DNA of 64,000 bases, taken from a virus. Its lineage: Duplodnaviria; Caudoviricetes. The notes under the pieces are model-generated. The model saw only the letters and a program-made list of their open reading frames with translations. It was not told the origin of the DNA and did no database searches. The first letter of the stretch is position 1; each line of letters starts with the position of its first letter. The DNA lies in the IMG/VR virus record IMGVR_UViG_3300034171_000062, positions 106,558 to 170,557 of that record, one strand, 5' to 3'. Shown here piece by piece: positions 49,464-56,935 of the stretch. The position numbers and the translations under genes are program-made.

Positions 49464-50618
49464 ATGGCTACTTTATCAGACTTGGACTTGAAACGCGTTG
49501 AGATGAATTCAGCCGTCAATGATTATAAACAGACGGTCTTGGACTTCCACGCCAACACGGCGACCCAAGGCGACGTCGACACGACGAAAGCACTGGCTGT
49601 GGCCAAGGGTGACGAGTACGCTAAGCTGACGGCTCAGGTCAAACAAGACGACCCTAACGTCACCAACGACGATCAGTTGTTCAGCCGCCCTGCGGCCATG
49701 AACGCCCTGGTGCGGGATGACATCGCGACCATCGTCCGCACCGGACGCCTGTTTGGCGACGGCATGAAGTTGTTGATCGACACCGAAGGCACCACGGTGG
49801 GTGCCACGAATGTGATCTTGTCCTTTGCCGAAGGTGCTGTTATCGACATCGACTGGGGCGATGGCAGCAACCTCCAGTCGTTCACCGCCGCGGCGTCGCA
49901 CGACTACGCCGTCCCAGGACAATACACGGTAGAAGTGCATGGTACGATCAACGGCTTTACTAACCCTTTAGTCGAATCACAACAGCAACTCAAAGACGTC
50001 ATGCAATGGGGTGAGGTGGAGTTTGCTTCGGCTCAGTCGATGTTCGCTCGGAGGGGAGGGTTTGTAATCAGCGCCGCTGACGGCCCCACCTTCTTACCGG
50101 GCGCCAGTTGCACTCAGATGTTCTACGGGGCGAGTGACTTTAACTCCCCCATCAATCACTGGGACATGAGCAACGTGGTGGATATACGAGCAATGTTCTT
50201 ACTTGCTTACGCGTTCAACCAGCCGTTGGCGGATTGGGATGTCAGTGGTGTGTTGGATATGGCGTACACGTTCAAGTCAGCCACCACCTTCAACCAAGAC
50301 TTGAGCTCGTGGAACGTGGGTAGCGTCTTAACTATGACGGATATGTTTAGACAAGCAGATGCATTTAATGGTGCCATCGGCGGTTGGAACGTCAGTCAGG
50401 TTATTAACATGGAGGGTATGTTCAACAGAGCCGTTGTCTTCAACCAACCTCTGAACAACTGGGACGTCGGTAGCGTAACGAACATGAGGCAAATGTTCTA
50501 CTTCGCCAGCGTCTTCAACCAAAACTTGAACAGTTGGAACGTCAGTCAAGTGACTGATTATTCAACCTTCAGCACCTCCAGCAGCTTGGTCGCTGGTAAC
50601 TTCCCTAACTTCACATAA
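49464..50618 (+). CDS. BspA/DUF285 repeat protein (paralogue 3)
   Basis: MATLSDLDLKRVE start identical to paralogue 1; IDWGDGS; six 25-aa repeats. Confidence 0.85.
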   Translation: MATLSDLDLKRVEMNSAVNDYKQTVLDFHANTATQGDVDTTKALAVAKGDEYAKLTAQVKQDDPNVTNDDQLFSRPAAMNALVRDDIATIVRTGRLFGDGMKLLIDTEGTTVGATNVILSFAEGAVIDIDWGDGSNLQSFTAAASHDYAVPGQYTVEVHGTINGFTNPLVESQQQLKDVMQWGEVEFASAQSMFARRGGFVISAADGPTFLPGASCTQMFYGASDFNSPINHWDMSNVVDIRAMFLLAYAFNQPLADWDVSGVLDMAYTFKSATTFNQDLSSWNVGSVLTMTDMFRQADAFNGAIGGWNVSQVINMEGMFNRAVVFNQPLNNWDVGSVTNMRQMFYFASVFNQNLNSWNVSQVTDYSTFSTSSSLVAGNFPNFT

Positions 50619-50626
50619 ACCGTAGA

Positions 50627-50666
50627 CCGCATAAGGGAGAGGCCAAATGGCCTCTCCCTGTATTTT
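50627..50666. terminator. GCATA-flanked bidirectional hairpin
   Basis: AGGGAGAGGCCA-AA-TGGCCTCTCCCT. Confidence 0.78.
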
Positions 50667-50685
50667 GCTTTAACGTTCAGTTGCT

Positions 50686-51504
50686 TTATTTACCACGCCC
50701 GATCATAGAGGCAATGAACGTGTTCATGCGGGGTCTATCGTTGGTAAAACTGGCTTTGGCCCAGTTCTGCGCGTAAAACTCTTGATACATCTCGTTGGCG
50801 TCAGCGTACCCATCAATCATCTCCCGAATGCGCCCCAACGGCACACCGCCGTTCAGCACCCCTTGATCCATGGCGATGTTGGTGTTCACGTAGATGTACG
50901 CCTTGGTCGCCAACTCAACCAACCGTGCGTAGGTGGGGTAGACTCCAGGGTTGAGGTTGTTCATCCCCTGATCGTTCTCCACCAGGCAGGTCATCCCCAA
51001 CTGATCGCTGAGGTGTTGAATGTCGTCGCGTACCATCACTGTGTTGTCACCGATGATTTGGCAGTTAGCGGTGGACACAATGGGCATGGAGGAAATGGCT
51101 TTCATGAGATCGTTAGCCGCAGACAGCAACTGACTGCTCTGTCCTTGGTGTTGTGTGGGTATGCCGTGGTAGGTTAAATAGTTCAAGGTACGCACCGACA
51201 CGATGCGTCTGCCACCGGTGGCTTCGTACGGAAGACGAAACACGCGGGTAGCCATGTCAAACTGCTCATACGCACAGCCAGACAAGTCCACCGCAATCAC
51301 GGTACCTCCCGTGAGGTTACAATCTATGTTTACTCGGTTTTCAATAACTTTATCGCGAATCGCTGAATCGATTGAGATTGCGTCCTGATTCCCCCGCCAG
51401 CGTGCACCAAATCCGGTGATGGCTTGCGGTGAAAAGGCCAGTTGCAGTACCGACTCAGGGATCATGTGTCGTACGTTGTTAATGGCGTAAGTAATGGCAT
51501 TCAT
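50686..51504 (-). CDS. Conserved hypothetical protein divergent from phuZ
   Basis: MNAITYAI start with AAGGAG RBS; LATKAYIY motif. Confidence 0.65.
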   Translation of the reverse strand: MNAITYAINNVRHMIPESVLQLAFSPQAITGFGARWRGNQDAISIDSAIRDKVIENRVNIDCNLTGGTVIAVDLSGCAYEQFDMATRVFRLPYEATGGRRIVSVRTLNYLTYHGIPTQHQGQSSQLLSAANDLMKAISSMPIVSTANCQIIGDNTVMVRDDIQHLSDQLGMTCLVENDQGMNNLNPGVYPTYARLVELATKAYIYVNTNIAMDQGVLNGGVPLGRIREMIDGYADANEMYQEFYAQNWAKASFTNDRPRMNTFIASMIGRGK

Positions 51505-51559
51505 CGTTAGACTCCTTAGTCCGATCATAAGATGCTGCGTGGTTTGTCGAACCCTCAGA

Positions 51560-51583
51560 ATCTGAAAGATATATCATAGAAGG
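51560..51583 (+). promoter_or_regulatory. Putative phage promoter for phuZ
   Basis: ATCTGAAAGATATATCATAGAAGG. Confidence 0.6.
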
Positions 51584-51675
51584 GCTAGTGCGTGTTGCGA
51601 TCTTTCTCAACCGGCGCTGGCCAATAGAATGTAGGTATTGCGCAATACTTCCAAATGAAACTTTAGGAGCACAAA

Positions 51676-52632
51676 ATGAGTAAGACATTACGAGTGTATG
51701 GCGCGGGTGGTGCGGGCATCAATCTGGTCAGTCATTACTTCGGTCGTGAAAGCGGCGCTGGTACTGCACAGTTGGCCCCGGCTCTGATAGACACCAGTCG
51801 ATCCAATCTCAAAGGTCACCACATCGACAACGACGCCACCTACCTGGTGGAAGGTCTGGACGGCTCGGGCAAGATTCGGTCCGAGAACTACGACGAGATC
51901 AACAAGACCATCAAACAGATCCTGGTGCAAATACCAGCGGGCGATTTCAACCTCGTGGTGTTCAGTGCCTCAGGCGGTTCGGGTTCGGTGCTGGGTCCGT
52001 TGTTGATCAAGCAACTCAATGAAAAGAAACTGCCAGTCATTGCCATCGTTATCGGTACCGATGAATCCACCATCGCCGCTGAAAACACACTCAAGACCAT
52101 CAAGTCCTTGGAACTGGTTGCTAAGAACAGCAACGTGCCAGTGATCATGTCGTTCCACAAGAACGATCTGACCGGCCGTCGTTCAGAAACCGACCGGGCC
52201 GTTTGGTCGGTGATCTCTTGCCTGAGTATCCTAACGTCGGGCGAGAACGTGGAGATGGACTACCGCGACCTGGTGCATTGGGTTCAATACACTAAGGTGA
52301 ACGGCGGGCGTGCCCAGTTAGCCACCATGCACATAGCCACGTCCGCCGAGCACATGAAACGCATCACCGGGCCGTTGTCGGTAGCCAGCTTGTATTCCAA
52401 TCCCGATCAGGAACACTTGGCCACCTCAGCGGATTACCAATCGGTAGGCTACGCCGACCTCTCAGGCACCGACTTTGAACAGGTCCACTTTGTCATCGGC
52501 GTCAACGATCTTGGTCGAATCGGCCAAGACTTGAAGGCTCAGGTGAATGGCATGCTTGAAGAACGCAACGCGCGGGTTGACGTTGCGTCTCTTCTGGAAG
52601 AAAACGAATCGGGTGGGGACCTGGTTCTTTGA
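51676..52632 (+). CDS. phuZ: Phage tubulin PhuZ
   Basis: GAGGAGIN, IDTS.SN, GSGK.R, SGGSGS tubulin signature, acidic tail ending GDLVL. Confidence 0.93.
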   Translation: MSKTLRVYGAGGAGINLVSHYFGRESGAGTAQLAPALIDTSRSNLKGHHIDNDATYLVEGLDGSGKIRSENYDEINKTIKQILVQIPAGDFNLVVFSASGGSGSVLGPLLIKQLNEKKLPVIAIVIGTDESTIAAENTLKTIKSLELVAKNSNVPVIMSFHKNDLTGRRSETDRAVWSVISCLSILTSGENVEMDYRDLVHWVQYTKVNGGRAQLATMHIATSAEHMKRITGPLSVASLYSNPDQEHLATSADYQSVGYADLSGTDFEQVHFVIGVNDLGRIGQDLKAQVNGMLEERNARVDVASLLEENESGGDLVL

Positions 52633-52639
52633 TCTTACC

Positions 52640-53233
52640 GTTCCTCTACGTTGGTTGGGCGCTGTCGAATCTCATTGTGTGGATGAGTCTTACGTTAAGA
52701 CTTTCAATGAGACGCTTCAAAGCACCTACAGTATCTCCAACTGACGTTAAACCCGGCCGTGTCGCTTTGACTGGCCATTCGGTTGAGGGTTGTCCACAGT
52801 GGTCGCCGACTTGTGGGGTCGGTAGGATCTCGGACATAGACTCACTTACTGAATGAGGTCAGTATGAGACGACTGATGATACTGAGCGACGGAGCTCGCC
52901 TTGCAAACGCGGTACTCTGGATGTTACGTCCAGTACTCACGTATGGCGCGATGCTTCCGTTAGCGGCAGACGAAGACAGTGAGGTTGTTCGAGACGAGAC
53001 GATTGAGGTAGAGACTGCCGACTTCACCAGTGAAGATGGGAGTGATGCCGCACCGCCGTGGTCGGTGTAATCGACTCTGTGAACAACCAAGTGCATAGGT
53101 AGTACCTAAAGGGCGGCACATTTGTCGACCTAACCGCGAATGCGGTACGGGAGAACGGACTGGACGACGGACACTGGAGTGAGTCATTCACCCCCTCCGT
53201 ATCGCCATCCGTTCTCCCACCTTCTTTTTTTTT
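52640..53233 (+). ncRNA. Candidate large structured ncRNA downstream of phuZ
   Basis: At least 11 helices including long-range GGTTGTTC/GAACAACC and an 11-bp GGGAGAACGGA/TCCGTTCTCCC stem before a T9 tract; G-U pairs favour the plus strand. Confidence 0.6.
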
Positions 53234-53338
53234 GTCTTTGTTATACAGCGTCTCAGATCGTCTACAGCCCCCCCTATGTGTGAATTGGTACATAACTGCC
53301 CCTTCCTATGTAATGGTCCTTACAGACCACTCCAGACG

Positions 53339-53361
53339 ATTTCAGGGATATATTATCAAGG
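53339..53361 (+). promoter_or_regulatory. Putative phage (early-type) promoter
   Basis: ATTTCAGGGATATATTATCAAGG upstream of the small-gene array. Confidence 0.6.
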
Positions 53362-53397
53362 TGATAGACATATTCCCTAGTCGAAGCGAGACAACCC

Positions 53398-53799
53398 GTG
53401 ATATTAATCTTCAACGTCGATGAGCACTTGCACGACTTAAAGCATCATTTCGATTGTCCCGAATCTGCATTGCTGTGTATGGTTGGGTATCACCTATACC
53501 GAGAGCACCACCTCGATACAGGACTCGAACATATGTCGCTCAGTATCCCCTACGCTCAACACTACCGCCGCTTCCACATGTCGTTCTTGATTGAATTGAC
53601 GCTGGTGGCCTCCTCGATAGTGGCGGGCAGGGCGATGAACGGACGGTTACAACTACACAACACCGACCTCTGGGTCACCTTAGAGACAACTAGGATTGGA
53701 GCACATGCACCACCAACCGAAATCACACATACTCAACATGAGCGACTGGGCCGACGCCGTCACCGCTCTGGTGCGGCACTTCGCCTACGTCACCCTTGA
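53398..53799 (+). CDS. Hypothetical protein (array member 1)
   Basis: ORF after promoter; strand-helix start and TDLWV motif. Confidence 0.55.
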   Translation: MILIFNVDEHLHDLKHHFDCPESALLCMVGYHLYREHHLDTGLEHMSLSIPYAQHYRRFHMSFLIELTLVASSIVAGRAMNGRLQLHNTDLWVTLETTRIGAHAPPTEITHTQHERLGRRRHRSGAALRLRHP

Positions 53800-54220
53800 A
53801 CCCTACGTGACAGACTCCCAGACCCTACACGACTTAACCACTCAGTGGACAATGAAGCATTCCATCCAGTGGACTCAAGCGCAGTTGGACGATGAATTCA
53901 ATCGTCAACTTATGTGGGCCCGTTCAACGAATGCTTCAGATGCTGTGATCCTTGAGTATTTGACGGCGTTGTTCAAGGACCATATGGGAGATGTCATCTC
54001 CGACGCCGCCCATCAAGAAACCTTACTCCACGACGTTATTGAACTCACTGATCCAGTGGTGGTTTTGATCAGTGAGGTGGTGTCAGACTTGGTTTCGCCC
54101 AATCCCTGGTGGGTTTGGAGCATGCGATACAGATACGACATCGTTTTAATTGAATCGGACGAAGACTACCGAGTCAAGATCTTTAACGATAAGATCGAAT
54201 CGGGCGAATGGTCGCTATAG
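53705..54220 (+). CDS. Hypothetical protein (array member 2)
   Basis: GGAG RBS before ATG at 53705; YDIVL motif. Confidence 0.65.
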   Translation: MHHQPKSHILNMSDWADAVTALVRHFAYVTLEPYVTDSQTLHDLTTQWTMKHSIQWTQAQLDDEFNRQLMWARSTNASDAVILEYLTALFKDHMGDVISDAAHQETLLHDVIELTDPVVVLISEVVSDLVSPNPWWVWSMRYRYDIVLIESDEDYRVKIFNDKIESGEWSL

Positions 54221-54230
54221 TGAGGTTACT

Positions 54231-54602
54231 ATGGTTTTCGAATACATTCATCGAATCAGTCTGTTTGAAGTGGGATGTTATCTACGGAGCTACTTAGACG
54301 ACAACGCTACCGAGCCCTTGTCGTCGGCACCAATGAACTACACCCTCCAGACGTACTTGAACTTTCTAGTGTGTAACGACTCCAGCGAAGCCCACGTCCT
54401 AAATCGGACCTTGAGTCGATACTTACCCCCCGATCAGGTGGACCATTTAACGGACATACTCCACGACATGATCTTGGTGGAGATTCGACCGTACTTGAAC
54501 ATGGACGAAGGCGAACGGGTCGTTGATGTGTGTGTCAAGCCGAACTACGATGCCACCATCGTTGTGCACGAATTCGATGGGGCCCACGCCGCTCTATCAT
54601 AA
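54231..54602 (+). CDS. Hypothetical protein (array member 3)
   Basis: GAGGT RBS before MVFEY; YDATIVV motif. Confidence 0.65.
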   Translation: MVFEYIHRISLFEVGCYLRSYLDDNATEPLSSAPMNYTLQTYLNFLVCNDSSEAHVLNRTLSRYLPPDQVDHLTDILHDMILVEIRPYLNMDEGERVVDVCVKPNYDATIVVHEFDGAHAALS

Positions 54603-54657
54603 CCTCTAATCTAAGGACGGCTCTGGCCGTCCTTTATTCGCAATAGGTATTCCTCTT

Positions 54658-55179
54658 ATGTTGAATCAACCGATGCTGTTGGACTTATACGAAGTATTTG
54701 TTGAATTTCGCAACCGCATGACCGAGGTCTTGCGTCGGGAGACTCTTGCCCACCCGATGGACATCGTCATCGACGATTTCTTTCAGATCGCTATCCACCG
54801 CGCCTCAGACAGCGTGGCCTTCTTTGAAGATGCCGGAACTCAGAAGCGACACCTGCACCCAGTGGGCCTCCACAAAATCATGGTCTCCACCCACATGCAG
54901 GACATCTACTTCGACGAGTTCTCGAATTACGTCTTTGAGTGCAACTACTTTGATAACGATTCTATTGAGAATCGATTTGTTCATCACCAGATTGCATCAT
55001 TGTGTGTTCACGCCGTAGGTCAAATCCTACAAAAAATAATGTCAGTGATCATTCAAACCAACGATGGTAAGATATTCTTCCATCCAGACAACGCCACCTT
55101 GGACTGGACGATGACCGACCTGATCATCGACCCTATCCCTAACCGTTTAGATGTACGCGTCACCGTGAGGTTCGAATGA
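54658..55179 (+). CDS. Hypothetical protein (array member 4)
   Basis: 173 aa; LDVRV motif. Confidence 0.65.
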   Translation: MLNQPMLLDLYEVFVEFRNRMTEVLRRETLAHPMDIVIDDFFQIAIHRASDSVAFFEDAGTQKRHLHPVGLHKIMVSTHMQDIYFDEFSNYVFECNYFDNDSIENRFVHHQIASLCVHAVGQILQKIMSVIIQTNDGKIFFHPDNATLDWTMTDLIIDPIPNRLDVRVTVRFE

Positions 55180-55574
55180 GATCAAGTCCCCCCATCCGAC
55201 GATTGATTTTGTCGATGTATGAGTCTGTAACGTTCTTGACCGATGTCTGTCGACTTGACCCACACATAGCCCGTGAGTTGATTGAACTGGTCATTATGTC
55301 ACAATGGTCGGCAGTTCGAATGAACGGTATAGAGTGGGTACATTGCATGGGTCAAGGATACACCACTGTCGGCGACGTCCTTGACGACGCTTTGGAAGAG
55401 ATGGAGTATTCTGAAAAACTACAACTCCCGAGAGAGCACCTCCATCACGCCGCGCAAGGTGTTTTAGTGGACATGCCCGAACAAGATACTTATTGGGAAG
55501 AACTTAACGAGCACGGCTCACTCAGTTGTCAGATCGTTTGGCGATCCTATGACGTGCTGATTCGGTTTATATGA
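55176..55574 (+). CDS. Hypothetical protein (array member 5)
   Basis: ATGA overlap; YDVLI motif. Confidence 0.65.
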   Translation: MRSSPPIRRLILSMYESVTFLTDVCRLDPHIARELIELVIMSQWSAVRMNGIEWVHCMGQGYTTVGDVLDDALEEMEYSEKLQLPREHLHHAAQGVLVDMPEQDTYWEELNEHGSLSCQIVWRSYDVLIRFI

Positions 55575-55582
55575 GGTAATCT

Positions 55583-55966
55583 ATGCAAGGGACAATCATC
55601 TTGCCCACGGATCACGTGATCCAAGAGTTTTACACGTACTCACAAAACATGCAGTCTCTGGACTTTGATGTCTATGAGTGCGTGCGAATTGCGATCGATG
55701 CGTTGCACTTTGCACAGAAGTACCCACAGTCGTTTGAATCGGAAGTCAGCTTGGCGTATGAATCTCGAGGCGTCTCACACATGTCAATCGCAGACATCAA
55801 TACGCTAAATCAGATGATGCGGATGTTGTACGAACGACTATACTGTGCGTTTTGCGTGTTTAGACTTTACGATCAAACGGGGCGTCTAACTCATCCGTAC
55901 TTCGAACTGCACCACGGCGACGTTGTTGTATCCAGCGCCCCGTTTGATAACAACCCCACAACGTAA
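55583..55966 (+). CDS. Hypothetical protein (array member 6)
   Basis: GAGGT RBS; GDVVV motif. Confidence 0.65.
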   Translation: MQGTIILPTDHVIQEFYTYSQNMQSLDFDVYECVRIAIDALHFAQKYPQSFESEVSLAYESRGVSHMSIADINTLNQMMRMLYERLYCAFCVFRLYDQTGRLTHPYFELHHGDVVVSSAPFDNNPTT

Positions 55967-55977
55967 GGGACACTGCG

Positions 55978-56334
55978 ATGAACATCATCGTAAGCGTGGC
56001 TTCAATCAAACCAGTAATCGAGATGATCGAAGTTGACCTCGGTCAAGACGCTCCCGTAGATTCACGTACCGTTCTTAAACGGATCAATGGTATGATCAGT
56101 GAGGCTTTCGACTGCCTTCTCCCCAACGGCGACGTGATTGCAGCCATTGAGCGAATGCTCATGGACAACGAGTTAGACGACGATGAGTTGTTGTTTGTAG
56201 CTCCGGAAGTCTATTTACTTGAGCGACTGCTGGAAGAGATACGGTGTCATCCGTTTACTAACCGCCAGTCCCGCAAATTGAGACACATAACCGTCATCGG
56301 GGTCTTCGGCGATCTCATACTACACTACCAGTAA
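55978..56334 (+). CDS. Hypothetical protein (array member 7)
   Basis: AAGGGA RBS; GDLIL motif. Confidence 0.65.
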   Translation: MNIIVSVASIKPVIEMIEVDLGQDAPVDSRTVLKRINGMISEAFDCLLPNGDVIAAIERMLMDNELDDDELLFVAPEVYLLERLLEEIRCHPFTNRQSRKLRHITVIGVFGDLILHYQ

Positions 56335-56344
56335 AGGAGCATCC

Positions 56345-56749
56345 ATGGCTACATCGAACCAATTCCAGATGGGTTCAGCGTACGACTTCATTACCTACGC
56401 CCCATCGGTGTTGGGGTCGTTTTCCAACGTGCGTGTCACCGGCATCGTTGACTACCGCGGCGCCCAGCAATTTATCGACCCGGCGTCCTATCACGCCAAC
56501 ATTTACAGTTCCCTGCCGGAGAACACCGCCCCGGATGACCATACGCGCTACTACTACCTAGTGGTGGTGCAGACCAACGGGTCCCGGACAGCAGTCGGCC
56601 TCCCTTGGATTGACGGCGCCAGCGTGTTACTTAAGGACCGAGGCCGGGCGGTAGTTAGCATTGAAGACATCGGTGCCGACGACATGTCTCGGTTAAAACA
56701 GGCGCTGAGTAGCAATGGATTCACCATCGGCAGCATTACGTTAGAGTAA
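56345..56749 (+). CDS. Conserved beta-rich jumbo-phage protein upstream of DNA polymerase
   Basis: YAPSVLG, HANIY..LP, GLPWI motifs; AAGGAG RBS. Confidence 0.7.
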   Translation: MATSNQFQMGSAYDFITYAPSVLGSFSNVRVTGIVDYRGAQQFIDPASYHANIYSSLPENTAPDDHTRYYYLVVVQTNGSRTAVGLPWIDGASVLLKDRGRAVVSIEDIGADDMSRLKQALSSNGFTIGSITLE

Positions 56750-56844
56750 GCGAAGCGTTATTGACTACACGCCCGCACATGGTATGCATCGAAAAGTTCG
56801 CGTCAGGTTTACTAGCGTTTCCTGCCCGCGATCGTTGACTCCTT

Positions 56845-56874
56845 GGAGGACCTTCGGGTCCTTCTTTTTTTTTT
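56845..56874 (+). terminator. Intrinsic terminator
   Basis: GGAGGACC-TTCG-GGTCCTTC plus T10. Confidence 0.85.
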
Positions 56875-56935
56875 GACTTAGCTGTTTTTTTGGATGAGTC
56901 TCCACTATCCTTATGCACACATCAGGAGGTGAACA

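Noticed and set aside
304-50666. CRISPR array or integron attC sites from the repeated hairpins
   Set aside because: Copies are dispersed at gene ends, not regularly spaced; no cas or integrase gene; no GTTRRRY cores
52873-52910. CTGATGA suggesting a hammerhead ribozyme
   Set aside because: No stem II directly after it and no GAAA core partner; the flanks do not form stems I and III
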